NCBI GenBank assembly: GCA_965601925.1
Contig: OZ271854.1
Coordinates: forward strand, 1,056,001-1,120,000
Direction: 5' to 3'
Origin: Alkalispirochaeta sp.
Lineage (GTDB): Bacteria; Spirochaetota; Spirochaetia; DSM-27196; Alkalispirochaetaceae
Length of the DNA: 64,000 nucleotides
Part shown: piece after piece, positions 20,055 through 30,469 of the stretch
How positions within the stretch are numbered: the stretch's first letter is position 1
Layout of the letters: each line of letters begins with the position of its first letter
Program-made: the position numbers and the translations under genes
Notes under the pieces: model-generated
What the model was told of the DNA's origin: nothing
The model's database searches: none
The model's input: the letters and a program-made list of their open reading frames with translations, nothing else

Positions 20055-21050
20055 ATGGAAGGCCCACCGATCGACCGATACGCGGACCGCAACGATTTCG
20101 ATCGCCTCGTGCATCGCCACCGGCGAGAACTCCTCTCGTACTGTTACAAGATACTCGGTTCGATCGATGATGCGGAGGATGCGCTCCAGGAGACCCTTCT
20201 CAAGGCGTGGCGGAGCATCGATACGTACCGCGGCGAAGGGAGCGTCCGAGCATGGCTGTACGGAATCGCGACCAACACCTGCCTCACCGAGGCGAAACGG
20301 AGAGCTCGCCGTCGGTCGTTGCCGTCGGAACTGTACGCCAAGTCGGAAGAGGTAGCCGCGATTCCCGACCCGGTGAGCGATCCGATATGGCTCGATCCCG
20401 CACCGTCGGCGTACTGCGCCGATCCCTCCGAGCGGTTCGAATTGCGCGAGAAGACCAAGATCGCCTTCCTGCTGCTCTATCAACTGTTGAATCCTCAGCA
20501 GCGCAGTATTCTAATACTCCGAGATATCTTGGCCTTCTCCGCGAGAGAGACCGCCGGCATCCTCGGTCTCTCGACCTCGTCGGTAAACAGCTCACTTCTG
20601 CGGGCGAGAAAGAGGGTGGAACGCGAGATTCAACGATATCCGGCAGATACGGTAGACCTCGCGGAGCGCAACGGTGCGGTAGAATCCCTGGTGGAATCGT
20701 TCATGCGCGTCTGGGAGCGATCGGACGTAGCAGGACTCGTCTCTCTCATGACGGAGGATTCGATCGTGTCCATGCCGCCGTTGCCGATATGGCTTCGCGG
20801 ACGCACGGCTATCGAGTCGTTCTTAACCCGACATGTGTTCTCAAAGCGGACACGACTGGTACGTACCGACGCGAATGGGCAGCTCGCCTTCGCCGGATAT
20901 CGTCTCGACGGTGAGCGGTACGTGCCGCATACGCTCTTAGTGCTCTCGATCGCCGCCGGCGCCGAAAATGCACGGATCACCTCCATGATATCGTTTCTGA
21001 ATCCGCGGTTGTTCTCGCCGTTCGGACTCCCCGCATCTCTCGGCCCGTGA
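20055..21050 (+). CDS. ECF sigma factor with C-terminal SnoaL-like domain (SigG/ECF56-like)
   Basis: DAEDALQETLLKAWR, WLYGIATN, region 4, C-terminal SMPP...W..G and ANGQ.AFA motifs. Confidence 0.9.
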   Translation: MEGPPIDRYADRNDFDRLVHRHRRELLSYCYKILGSIDDAEDALQETLLKAWRSIDTYRGEGSVRAWLYGIATNTCLTEAKRRARRRSLPSELYAKSEEVAAIPDPVSDPIWLDPAPSAYCADPSERFELREKTKIAFLLLYQLLNPQQRSILILRDILAFSARETAGILGLSTSSVNSSLLRARKRVEREIQRYPADTVDLAERNGAVESLVESFMRVWERSDVAGLVSLMTEDSIVSMPPLPIWLRGRTAIESFLTRHVFSKRTRLVRTDANGQLAFAGYRLDGERYVPHTLLVLSIAAGAENARITSMISFLNPRLFSPFGLPASLGP

Positions 21051-21145
21051 GCACCGCTCCACGAGAGACGTACGGCACCAACGACTTTTTTCCACCCCGC
21101 TTATTTTTCCGATCTCGAATGGTCGTACTACTCAGGAGGATTGCA

Positions 21146-21535
21146 ATGAATGTGTTGATACTTATCGCCGGGGTTCTGAGTCTGTTCACGACGGCGGGAC
21201 ACGTCGCCGCGGGCGGTACAATGTTCCTGAAACCCATTCTCGACTCGGACGCCCCGGAACTACCGAAAAAGGTGTTTCACGCCCTCTTTCATCTGATCAC
21301 CGTAAACTTTGCGCTGTTCACGGTAGTGCTTTTTTTGGCCGGCCTTTCCGTCGATATGGAACCGCGCCTTGCACCGTTGGTCCTTTTTTGCGGCGTAAGC
21401 TACGTGCTCTACGCCGCGGTCGAGGTGATCGTGGCACTTACCGCCCGCCTCCCCGGGGCGCTCAAGAAGATGTTCGTTTGGGTCTTCTTCCTGACCACCG
21501 GCGTCGTCGCGCTTCTCGGATATCTCGTTTCTTAA
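21146..21535 (+). CDS. Small 4-TM membrane protein
   Basis: AGGAGG RBS; four hydrophobic helices. Confidence 0.75.
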   Translation: MNVLILIAGVLSLFTTAGHVAAGGTMFLKPILDSDAPELPKKVFHALFHLITVNFALFTVVLFLAGLSVDMEPRLAPLVLFCGVSYVLYAAVEVIVALTARLPGALKKMFVWVFFLTTGVVALLGYLVS

Positions 21536-21708
21536 CCGTCCGACGGCCTACCGCTCGTCGGATAGCTTGCTGAGTTTCACCGACACAGTCTCGCCGGCAC
21601 CGGTGCGGGGTTAGTCCGAGAGAGATGCCGCGGCGCGCTCCGTTGCGCGCTATGAGCCTTGCCGAGCACTCGCATTTCGCGAGATGCTTGCGGAATGAGG
21701 AGCAGCGT

Positions 21709-22908
21709 GTGCGCGGAGTAATCGGGTTGATCGTGTCGACGATCTTCGCTCTCACATCGGGCGCGAGCGGTGTCGTCGCACAGAACTACATCGGTGTGAT
21801 CCAAGCCGATCGCGGGGCGGACGGAAACCGTCTTGTACGTGCACCTCTTCCGCTTCCGCTCATGCGCAACGATCGGATCGAGACCGGTCGGAGCGCCGAG
21901 TGGGCCGCCGGATACGTTTTGGACGGTCGCCCGGCGTGGCTGGTCCGGCTCGACGACGGATCGTTCGTCCGCGTCCGCATTGAGGGGGACCGTCCGGTCC
22001 CGACACCGATCGAGGTCGCCGGGATCGACGACTCGACGGCGGACCGCGGTGAACACTCGGCGACGCTCACCCTCGCGTGGAATGCAGACACGCGGCGTTG
22101 GTTGCCGCTCCCCCTCGGCTCATACCCCGCCGGCTACCTCGATTCGTCCCTCCCCGCTCCGCTTCCCGACGGACACATCAGCGTAGGGTCGGACCAGGTC
22201 GTCGCCTATCTCTCACATCCGACCGACCGCTACGCCCACGGCGTGATCGGCGACACGATTGAAGCCGGCGCTCTCACGATCTTGTCTCACGCCCCGCCGC
22301 GAACGGTCGAGTTCGACGGGACGGTGGCCGAGGAACGGGGTGTCCTTCTCACGGACCTGCATCGCGACGGCTCCATCGAGATCGTCACGGTTCTCGCGCG
22401 AGCCCGACTCGGCGCGTGGCTTGCGGCCTTCAGTCTGAACGGACGGCTCGTCGCGGAAGGGGAAGCGATAGGAAGGGGATTCCGCTGGCGACATCTCATC
22501 GGTGCCGGCCCGCTGGGACCCGAGGGAGAAGAGCTCATTGCGGCGGTCCGCACTCCCCACATCGGCGGCGAGCTCGAATACTACAACGAGGAGCTCGAAG
22601 TGGTTGCCCGCGTGCCCGGTTATTCAAGCCACGGCTACGGTGCGCGGAGTCTGGGCGACGCGTGGATCGTGAACGTCGACGGCGACGATCGCTGGGAGGT
22701 CGTGCTTCCCACACAGCAGCGCACTCGCCTCGAGGCGGTCTCTCTCTCGCAGCGCGGTCCGGACGTCCTCTGGCACTACGACCTCGACGCGCCGCTCAGC
22801 TCAAACCTCGCTCCGGCCGATCCTCGCACCGATCAGGGAACCTCGACCGGCGGCGGCGGCGGCCTTCTTGTGGGCACGCGCGACGGCGCGCTCCACGTCT
22901 GGTGGTAG
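21709..22908 (+). CDS. Secreted FG-GAP/VCBS-like repeat protein
   Basis: Signal-like N-terminus; DLHRDGSIEIV and NVDGDDRWEVV loops; TDRYAHGVIGD and RTPHIGG motifs. Start uncertain. Confidence 0.65.
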   Translation: MRGVIGLIVSTIFALTSGASGVVAQNYIGVIQADRGADGNRLVRAPLPLPLMRNDRIETGRSAEWAAGYVLDGRPAWLVRLDDGSFVRVRIEGDRPVPTPIEVAGIDDSTADRGEHSATLTLAWNADTRRWLPLPLGSYPAGYLDSSLPAPLPDGHISVGSDQVVAYLSHPTDRYAHGVIGDTIEAGALTILSHAPPRTVEFDGTVAEERGVLLTDLHRDGSIEIVTVLARARLGAWLAAFSLNGRLVAEGEAIGRGFRWRHLIGAGPLGPEGEELIAAVRTPHIGGELEYYNEELEVVARVPGYSSHGYGARSLGDAWIVNVDGDDRWEVVLPTQQRTRLEAVSLSQRGPDVLWHYDLDAPLSSNLAPADPRTDQGTSTGGGGGLLVGTRDGALHVWW

Positions 22909-22923
22909 CTTCTCGCAATCCGG

Positions 22924-23511
22924 TCACTTCCGCCACTGGTTGGCGCGAATATTTTGCTCCGCAAGCTCCGCGGTTTCGCGTATGCGCTTTGCGCGAGTCT
23001 CCGCTCGTTTTGCGTGAGCGATCCACTCCAGAATGCCCCGCTTGGCCGACCGCGGAAAGGCCTCGAAGTGGCCTCCGGCCCGTGGGAAACGAGCGAGGGC
23101 GGCCGCTAAGTCGGCGGGAACCTCGAGTGCCTCGACGGCGTCCAAGGCGGTCCAGGAGCCGTCCCTCTTCGCCGCCTCGACCTTCGCAAGCCCCGCTTCG
23201 GTCATGAGTCCCCGAGTGATCATGCGCTCGACTCGCTCTTTGTTCGGCGCGGACCACCAGCTTCCGGCCTTTCGCGGGGCGAACCACAGCATGGACCGCT
23301 CGTCGTCGAGCTTGTTCGTCTTACTGTCGACCCATCCGAAACACAACGCTTCCTCGACCTGATCGTTGTACTCAATGCGGGGCTTACCGGTAGCTTTCTT
23401 GAAACCGACGAACCACACGCCTTCGTTCCGCGCGTGATGTTCGGCCAGCCAAGCTCGCCACTGTTCGCGGGAAAGGGGATGTACCGAGTTCTCGGGGGCT
23501 GGAACGGCCAC
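22924..23511 (-). CDS. YdeI/OmpD-associated family protein
   Basis: VEEALCFGWVDS, WS..NKERV, AKRAETRAKRI. Confidence 0.92.
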   Translation of the reverse strand: MAVPAPENSVHPLSREQWRAWLAEHHARNEGVWFVGFKKATGKPRIEYNDQVEEALCFGWVDSKTNKLDDERSMLWFAPRKAGSWWSAPNKERVERMITRGLMTEAGLAKVEAAKRDGSWTALDAVEALEVPADLAAALARFPRAGGHFEAFPRSAKRGILEWIAHAKRAETRAKRIRETAELAEQNIRANQWRK

Positions 23512-23513
23512 GT

Positions 23514-23801
23514 CTACTCGCCCTTCGGCGCCGGTTCGAAGGTGGTCCGCACCGATTCGTCGTCCTCGACGGGAACGGCCGCGACCGGAACGTGACTCTC
23601 ACCCGGGTAGATCGTCCCGACGCCCTCTCGCGCGAGGCCGCCGTGCCGGCTCCGTTCGGCATGCGTCCACGAACGGACGAAGAGGCGGCGGTCGTAGACT
23701 ACCATCCAGCTCGGGAGAGGCGTATGTCCGCCCGTCCCGGCCGACAAGCCGATCTGCTCCGTCCCACCGGTGAGGCGGGGCATTGATTTCTCGAATCGCA
23801 T
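23514..23801 (-). pseudogene. Degenerate DUF2255-like protein
   Basis: WMVVYDRRLFVRSW resembles the family motif; the ORF is short and lacks a typical C-terminus. Confidence 0.45.
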
Positions 23802-24029
23802 AGTGGAAAGATAGTCATCCCACAGCGCCTCACCAAGCCGGCGAGAGCGACGCGCTGCGGCGTACACCGGAAGGCTCTGCAAGCGCGACCGTGGGAACGG
23901 TGCGGTTGAGGTACTCAGCGTGTTCACTCTCGATGAACTCGTCCCCTTCGCCTCGAGCGATCGCGATCGGCACGGCGATTCCGGCCGACTCATCGGCCGA
24001 GTAGCCGGACTCCGTGTCGGTCGCGCCGC

Positions 24030-24758
24030 TCACTCCGAACGGCCCGCACTTTTGGCGCTACGCGTCATGTAGTGCCGTTTGGTTTCCTTGTCCAGTTTCT
24101 CGACGGCGTAGCGCAACGTGACTCGGGGCATGGTCGCGGCGTAGGTATCAAGGAAGTCGCGGAGTCGCCCTTCGTCTTTTTTTCCAACCTCGCGCAGGAA
24201 GGTGCCGACCGCCTTGTTGACGAGTTCGTGTCCGTCGTCGATGAGAATCTCGGCGATTGCGAGAGTATCGTCGAGCTCTCCCTTCTTGACAAAAAAGTAC
24301 GTCGCAACGACGGCCGTCCGCCGCTCCCACGGGTTGTCGGACTTCGCGAGGCGGTACAAAGGGTCGCGCGATTTGTCCACAAGATAACCACCGACGACAT
24401 GTGTCGCCGCACGATCCACGAAGTCCCAATTGTCGATGCGGTCGTGACGACGGAGGTAGAGATCGTAGAGCTTACGTTTGTGCTCCGGCGGCGTCTTTTT
24501 CGCCCGCGCCTGGAAGTCCATGATGCTCACCGCGCCCATACGTACCTCGTAGTAGTCGCTTTCGAGGAGCGTCTCTATCTCGACGAGGGGCATGGCTGTG
24601 TATCGCCGCGCCGTATCGAAAACGATCCCGAAGCGCACGCCGAGGGCCTCAGTTTGCCGATCGTCGCCCTTGTAGAAGCGTGCGAGTTTGTCCTTTTCTT
24701 TCTCGGTGATGTGGGGCGTGAGCGCGCGTACGAATGAACGCGCCGTCATGTCATCCAT
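24030..24758 (-). CDS. AlkD-like DNA alkylation repair protein
   Basis: IDNWDFVD, WERRTAVVAT, KAVGTFLREVGK, MPRVTLRYAVEK. Confidence 0.92.
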   Translation of the reverse strand: MDDMTARSFVRALTPHITEKEKDKLARFYKGDDRQTEALGVRFGIVFDTARRYTAMPLVEIETLLESDYYEVRMGAVSIMDFQARAKKTPPEHKRKLYDLYLRRHDRIDNWDFVDRAATHVVGGYLVDKSRDPLYRLAKSDNPWERRTAVVATYFFVKKGELDDTLAIAEILIDDGHELVNKAVGTFLREVGKKDEGRLRDFLDTYAATMPRVTLRYAVEKLDKETKRHYMTRSAKSAGRSE

Positions 24759-24917
24759 TTAGTTCCTCCCGTTGATTTGCCGGACGGCCCACCCGTTACC
24801 ATCGGGATCCTTCAAAAAGACGAACCCGACGTGAAATCCAAGGCCGTTGGCATAAAAGCGCTTGGCCCGATCGAGGTCGGTTACCGGCACGCACACGAAC
24901 TCGAGCATCCGGTTCAT
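24759..24917 (-). pseudogene. Internally deleted VOC protein (52 aa, in frame)
   Basis: Not in the ORF track. Reads MNRMLEFVCVPVTDLDRAKRFYANGLGFHVGFVFLKDPDGNGWAVRQINGRN*: VOC N-terminal and C-terminal motifs directly joined. Confidence 0.8.
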
Positions 24918-25426
24918 ACTGTCCCTCCCCGCAGGTCCGATCGTTCCGCGGTCGGTGCGCCGAGCGCTTCATCAAGGGCCCGATATGTAGCCTCCATACC
25001 GTCGGTCATGCCGGTCTCGAGCGCCCGGTCACGCGCCTCCCTCGACGAGTAACGGATCGTGGTCGCCACCGCGGTCCCGTCGCCGTCCTCTCGAAAGTGC
25101 GTCGTCACGAGCGTCTCGCCGCCGGTCCAGTCCGCGTCATAGAGCTCGGTCGTAACGAGCCGTGCGGGAGCGGCAATCTCACGATACTCGCCGCCCATGC
25201 CCATCGTCTCGCCCTCTGGACTCCGCCATTCATAGCGAAAACGGCCGCCGACGCGTAGGTCGATCTCGCATACCTCAAGACTCCACCCGTCGGGGCCGTT
25301 CAACCAGCGCTTCACGAGTTCGGGTCTCGTATACGCGGCAAAGACGTTCTTCGCCGAAGCCGAAAAGCGACGCGTGACGACAAGCTCTCGGTCGTTGGGC
25401 ATCGTTACCGTTGTCTTCGTGTTCAT
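24914..25426 (-). CDS. SRPBCC/AHSA1-family protein
   Basis: ELVVTRRF, PELVKRW, DLRVGGRFRYEW, GM..GME..Y..LD. Confidence 0.93.
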   Translation of the reverse strand: MNTKTTVTMPNDRELVVTRRFSASAKNVFAAYTRPELVKRWLNGPDGWSLEVCEIDLRVGGRFRYEWRSPEGETMGMGGEYREIAAPARLVTTELYDADWTGGETLVTTHFREDGDGTAVATTIRYSSREARDRALETGMTDGMEATYRALDEALGAPTAERSDLRGGTV

Positions 25427-25806
25427 AGCGTGTCTCCTTGTCCATTGCTTGTTGCTTCCAACTCATCGAGGACCGCATCCAATCGCGAGAAGTTTTCTTC
25501 CCAGATGCGCCGGTACGATTCGAGCCAGCCCAGGACCTCGCCGATCGTCTCGACGTTCACCGAGGCCGGTCGCCGCTGGGCGTCCCTACTCCGCGACACG
25601 AGGCGCGCCCGCTCCAATACCTTGAGGTGCTTGGTCACCGCCGGCTGGGACATGGAGAACGGTGCGGCCAACTCAGTAACGGTCGCCTCACCCTTAGCAA
25701 GGAGCATCACGAGCATCATTCGCCGGGTGGGGTCGGCAAGGGCTTGGAAAACGAAATCGAGACGAGGGTTGCGCGCCGCCTCGGTTAGATTCATTACCGC
25801 ACTCAT
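25423..25806 (-). CDS. ArsR/SmtB-family regulator
   Basis: FQALADPTRR, ELAAPF.MSQPAVTKHLKVLERA. Confidence 0.93.
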   Translation of the reverse strand: MSAVMNLTEAARNPRLDFVFQALADPTRRMMLVMLLAKGEATVTELAAPFSMSQPAVTKHLKVLERARLVSRSRDAQRRPASVNVETIGEVLGWLESYRRIWEENFSRLDAVLDELEATSNGQGDTL

Positions 25807-25821
25807 GTCCGCTCCATTTTA

Positions 25822-25864
25822 TATAACCGTTTCATTTTATAACCCTATGGTAATGTAATGTCAA
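25822..25864 (-). promoter_or_regulatory. Sigma70 promoter TTGACA-N17-TATAAA overlapped by ATAACC repeats (ArsR operator)
   Basis: Minus-strand -35 and -10 boxes; TATAACC at 25822 and 25838, with a partial palindrome ATAACC-N4-GGTAAT. Confidence 0.65.
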
Positions 25865-26162
25865 TAGATGATCCGGTCAACTCTCATTGCAACTTTTATT
25901 GACGAGCTCGGTACTCTCACATTGAACCGCTATATGGCGAGGGCCGATATCGGTACGGACACACCGCGAAAGATGATCGGTCCTTGCAAACCAGAGAGAG
26001 CCCATGAGAGAATTGTTACGATTCCGTGATTGATCGTCGATCCGGCGTGCATAGCGGTCTGAGCAACCCCACGTCGGACGCATGCGCGGAGTGCCGGCAC
26101 GTCGCGAACTCTCCGTAAACTGCCGATTCAGGTTCCGGCGAGGTCCACCGGAGGTAATAATA

Positions 26163-28676
26163 ATGGGAAGACAACCGATGTTGGGGATAGAGGAACGGCC
26201 GTCACTGTTCGAACGCATCGCGACAATGGGAAACGCGCCGGGCGATACTGAGGAGCTTCGCCTGCACAAACGGTTTCTCATTTATATGGCGGTGCTCATG
26301 AGCGGGGGTGGTATCCTGTGGGGCACGATCTGTTCGGTATTCGGTTTGTACGTTCCAGCAATAATCCCGTTTGGGTACACGGTACTGTCGATCATAAACT
26401 TGTCTTCGTTTGCGATTTGGAAGCGATTTCGACCGGTACGTTTTTTCCAAGTGCTCATCAGCCTGTTACTGCCCTTTCTCTTTCAATGGAGTTTGGGCGG
26501 CTTTGTCGTTACAGGAGCGGTCATGCTGTGGGCGTTGCTGGCGCTCATCGCGTCGATCTCTTTTCAGAACGTCACGCTCGCCGCGCGTTGGTTCGTCGCC
26601 TACATTATATTGACCGTCATTTCGGGTGTCGTTGATCCATGGCTTCCGTTTCGGATGCCCAGCACGGAGACGACGGTCGTCATGTTCTTCGTGACCAACG
26701 TGGTGGTCATATCTTCGATCGTCGGAGTGTTGGTACTCTACTTTGTCCACGCCAAAGAGGTGGCGAACGCGAAACTTCTCAGGCTCAAGGAGAGTCTCGA
26801 GTCGATGGTTGCGACGCGAACCCATGAACTCTCCGACGCCTTGGCACATCTTCGCGCGATCGTCGATAACATCGCCGACGGTTTGGTCGTGACCGACAAC
26901 GACGGCCTTATCACACATGCCAATCCGGCGCTGGAATCGATGTTTGCAGTCGACCGAGAGGGCGTAATCGGACGTTCCGCGAAGGAGCTCAGTTCGACGA
27001 TTTGGGAGCTGGTGCATCGCAGTTGCACGACTCGCACGATGTCCAACGCCGAGGTTCCTCTGGTAGGGAGACGAGTTGCCAAGGCGGTCACCAACACCAT
27101 TATCAAGGACGTCGATGAGAACGATAGCGCGACGCTCGAATGTCTCGGCTCGGTAACGGTTATACGCGATATCACGCGCGAGAAGGAGATCGACGCGATG
27201 AAGACCGATTTCATCTCCAACGTCTCACACGAACTGCGTACTCCCCTGACCTCCGTACTCGGATTTGCAAAGATGATCGGGAAGAAATTCGATGATACGC
27301 TCCTTCCGATGCTGGATGTCGACGATCGCAGGGTACAGCGCGCGATCGATCAGGTGCGTGGAAATCTTAATATCATCGTATCGGAAGGGGAGCGGCTCAC
27401 GTCGCTCATCAATGACGTACTCGATATCTCCAAGATGGAGGCGGGTAAAATTGAATGGAAGTTTCAACCGCATCGGTTGGACGAGGTCATCGACCGCGCG
27501 GTGGCCGCAACAAGCGGACTCTTTGCCGCCAACCCCCGTGTCGTACTTCGAACCGAGATAGAAGAGAACACGCCGGTACTCAACATGGATCGTGACCGTA
27601 TCATTCAAGTGTTGGTGAACCTTATCTCCAACGCGAACAAGTTCACTGCCGAGGGTAGCGTCACCGTACGTACCCGACTCAGTGGATCGGAAATGGTCGT
27701 CAGCGTCGTCGATACCGGAGCCGGTATTCCGGCGGAACACCGAACGCTGGTATTTGAAAAGTTCAAGCAGGTCGGGGATACCTTGACCGACAAGCCGATG
27801 GGCACCGGACTCGGGCTGCCGATCTGCAAGCAGATCGTGGAGCACCACGGTGGGCGCATCTGGGTGGAAAGCGGCGCCGAAGGCGGCAGCACCTTCGCTT
27901 TCAGTCTGCCGCTCGATGCTGCATCGAGCGACGATGCAAGTGTGCGAATGACAGATCTCGAGACACTCATCAAGAGTCTCAAGAGGAAAGCAACCGAAGG
28001 CCATGTAGACACCGATGCCGCCGCCGAAAAACGTGTTTTTATCGTCGATGACGACGAAAGCATCCGGACCCTTCTCCGTCAGGAACTCGAGGACGACGGC
28101 TACGTCGTAGACGAAGCGGTAAACGGTACGGAGGCCCTGGAATACCTTCGCACCAACCGGCCGGCGTTGATGATCCTCGACGTCATGATGCCGGGTATGA
28201 ACGGCTTCGACGTTGCCGCCATCGTGAGAAGCAACCCCGATACTATGGATATTCCGATCATCATTCACTCGATCATTGAGGACCGCGAGCGAGGCTATCG
28301 ACTCGGCGTAGATAGGTATCTGACCAAACCGATCAATACTCAACATCTCCTCCAGGAGATAGGCGCAGTCGTTGAGCAGGGAAGCAAATCGCGAAAAAAG
28401 GTTCTCGTGCTCGACGAGAACGAATCAACGGTGAAGTCTCTGATAGACGTGCTTTCGGCGCGCGGTTATCACGCGATCGGGGCATACAGCGGCACGGAGG
28501 GTCTGGAGCGGGCGCGGAACGAAAAACCGGACATGGTCATTGTAGACTCAATCCTGTCGGAACGGTACTCGATTATTCAGACGTTACGTTTTGAACGGGA
28601 AACCGAGAATCTGGTCTTTGTAGTACTCGGCGAGGAAAATCGGAATGAAGGCGATCAACCTAAAGCGCGTGATTAA
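26163..28676 (+). CDS. Hybrid histidine kinase: multi-TM sensor, PAS, HisKA, HATPase, REC, degenerate REC
   Basis: SHELRTPL, NLISNANKFT, DTGAGI, GTGLGL, ILDVMMP. Confidence 0.93.
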   Translation: MGRQPMLGIEERPSLFERIATMGNAPGDTEELRLHKRFLIYMAVLMSGGGILWGTICSVFGLYVPAIIPFGYTVLSIINLSSFAIWKRFRPVRFFQVLISLLLPFLFQWSLGGFVVTGAVMLWALLALIASISFQNVTLAARWFVAYIILTVISGVVDPWLPFRMPSTETTVVMFFVTNVVVISSIVGVLVLYFVHAKEVANAKLLRLKESLESMVATRTHELSDALAHLRAIVDNIADGLVVTDNDGLITHANPALESMFAVDREGVIGRSAKELSSTIWELVHRSCTTRTMSNAEVPLVGRRVAKAVTNTIIKDVDENDSATLECLGSVTVIRDITREKEIDAMKTDFISNVSHELRTPLTSVLGFAKMIGKKFDDTLLPMLDVDDRRVQRAIDQVRGNLNIIVSEGERLTSLINDVLDISKMEAGKIEWKFQPHRLDEVIDRAVAATSGLFAANPRVVLRTEIEENTPVLNMDRDRIIQVLVNLISNANKFTAEGSVTVRTRLSGSEMVVSVVDTGAGIPAEHRTLVFEKFKQVGDTLTDKPMGTGLGLPICKQIVEHHGGRIWVESGAEGGSTFAFSLPLDAASSDDASVRMTDLETLIKSLKRKATEGHVDTDAAAEKRVFIVDDDESIRTLLRQELEDDGYVVDEAVNGTEALEYLRTNRPALMILDVMMPGMNGFDVAAIVRSNPDTMDIPIIIHSIIEDRERGYRLGVDRYLTKPINTQHLLQEIGAVVEQGSKSRKKVLVLDENESTVKSLIDVLSARGYHAIGAYSGTEGLERARNEKPDMVIVDSILSERYSIIQTLRFERETENLVFVVLGEENRNEGDQPKARD

Positions 28677-30069
28677 ACCCGCCGCGATTCGCAGACTTCT
28701 CAACGAGTTCGGAACCGAGATAGCGCCGGGTCTTACGATATGTGAGCCTGACGGGACGATTCTCTGGGGAAAACGGACGCGCGGCGACGCGGTCCCGATT
28801 GCGTATCAACAGACCGAGCTCGGCGTGGTCTACGCCGAACGAAACGCCGACCACGTCGCGGCGTGCCTCTCCTATATGGCGCAGCAGGAGGCGGAGAAGC
28901 GAACACTCGCAGCTGAGACATTGGACCGCTACAAGGAAGTTACCTTGATGTACCGACTCACCGAGAGGCTGGCGTCGAGCCTTGTAGTGACCGAACTGGC
29001 CGAGCTCGTGTTGGAAGAGGCCCTAAAAAACCTTCCCGGTGACGCCGCCTCAATCATGATTCTGGACGAAGAGAGCGGGCGCTTGGTAAAAACCGCGGCA
29101 ATCGGTACAGCGGGGTTGGAGACACACCGAGATACGAGCCCGGATGACGGGATCGTCGGAGCGGTGTTCTCCTCGGGGCAGGCGGAGATCGTCAACGATG
29201 TCGCGCAGGATCCTCGCTACGTGCCGGGCGAAGAGACCGTCAGTTCGATGATGTGCGCGCCGCTCAAGGCCAAAGGGAAATGTTTCGGCGTCGTGAAAAT
29301 CAGTAGCCGCGCGTCGCTCATCTACAACGCAAGCGACCTGAAACTGTTTAGCGCCGTCTGCCTCGAAGCGGCCTACGCAATTGACAACGCGAATCTACAT
29401 GTAAGTAAACTGAGGGAAGAACGTATTAAGGGTAACTTACAGCGCTATGTTTCCACTCAGTTGGTGGAGGCGATCATCGGTTCGCACGGGGAGTTGTCGC
29501 TCGAACCGCGAAGAATGAACATAACGATCCTCTTTTCGGATATCCGTGATTTTACGTCAAAGTGCGAAAACCTCGCGCCGGAGACGTTGGTCGGCCACCT
29601 CAATGACTATTTCACCCGCATGGTGAACGTGATCTTCGACAAACACGGCACGATCAATAAGTTTGTCGGCGATATGATCGTCGCTCTGTTCGGCGCGCCG
29701 TTGCCGGTGGATAACCACGAACGTAACGCGGTACGCGCGGCCATCGATATGCAGTTGGACCTCCGCCAATCAGCGGATCCTTGGATTCAAGAAAACTTCA
29801 ATACCGGGATAGGTATAAACAGCGGAGAGGTGATCGTCGGCAATATCGGATCTCATCATCACACCGACTACACCGCAATCGGTGATGAGGTCAATGTTGC
29901 TGCGCGCCTTCAAGCACGTGCCCGAGGGGGCCAGATATTCGTGACCGAGAGCGTGTACGGTTTAACGAAAGACGACTTCGAATACCGCAAAGTCGGTAGT
30001 GAATACTTGAAAGGAAAGCAGAGACCGGTCGACGTCTATGAGGTCGTCTATGACCACGAGGACACATAA
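28645..30069 (+). CDS. GAF-domain class III adenylate cyclase
   Basis: LFSDIRDFT, KFVGDM, YTAIGDEVNVAARLQ, KGK. Confidence 0.93.
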   Translation: MKAINLKRVIKPAAIRRLLNEFGTEIAPGLTICEPDGTILWGKRTRGDAVPIAYQQTELGVVYAERNADHVAACLSYMAQQEAEKRTLAAETLDRYKEVTLMYRLTERLASSLVVTELAELVLEEALKNLPGDAASIMILDEESGRLVKTAAIGTAGLETHRDTSPDDGIVGAVFSSGQAEIVNDVAQDPRYVPGEETVSSMMCAPLKAKGKCFGVVKISSRASLIYNASDLKLFSAVCLEAAYAIDNANLHVSKLREERIKGNLQRYVSTQLVEAIIGSHGELSLEPRRMNITILFSDIRDFTSKCENLAPETLVGHLNDYFTRMVNVIFDKHGTINKFVGDMIVALFGAPLPVDNHERNAVRAAIDMQLDLRQSADPWIQENFNTGIGINSGEVIVGNIGSHHHTDYTAIGDEVNVAARLQARARGGQIFVTESVYGLTKDDFEYRKVGSEYLKGKQRPVDVYEVVYDHEDT

Positions 30070-30070
30070 C

Positions 30071-30454
30071 ATGAGCAACAAAATTTTGATCATCGACGAT
30101 GAAGCCCACATCCGCCTACTGCTCCAGCAGACCCTGGAGGATTTCGAAGATGAAGGCGTACAGATCATAACGGCGGACAACGGAAAGGACGGATATGAGC
30201 TGATCAAAAGCGAGGAGCCCGACCTCGTCTTCTTGGACGTGATGATGCCGCACATGAACGGATACGAGGTCTGCGAGTCGGTGAAGAGGGATCATGATCT
30301 AAAAAAAACGGTGATCGTTCTCCTAACGGCTAAGGGCCAGGAGGCGGATAAGAAGAAGGGTGACGAAGCGGGGGCCGACGCCTATATGACCAAACCATTC
30401 GATCCGGACCTTGTCGTCGCCAAGGCATCGGAGGTCTTGAGAATTGAGATCTGA
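30071..30454 (+). CDS. Single-domain response regulator
   Basis: ILIIDDE, LDVMMP, LTAKGQ, TKPFDP. Confidence 0.95.
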   Translation: MSNKILIIDDEAHIRLLLQQTLEDFEDEGVQIITADNGKDGYELIKSEEPDLVFLDVMMPHMNGYEVCESVKRDHDLKKTVIVLLTAKGQEADKKKGDEAGADAYMTKPFDPDLVVAKASEVLRIEI

Positions 30455-30469
30455 TATGTTCATACGATC

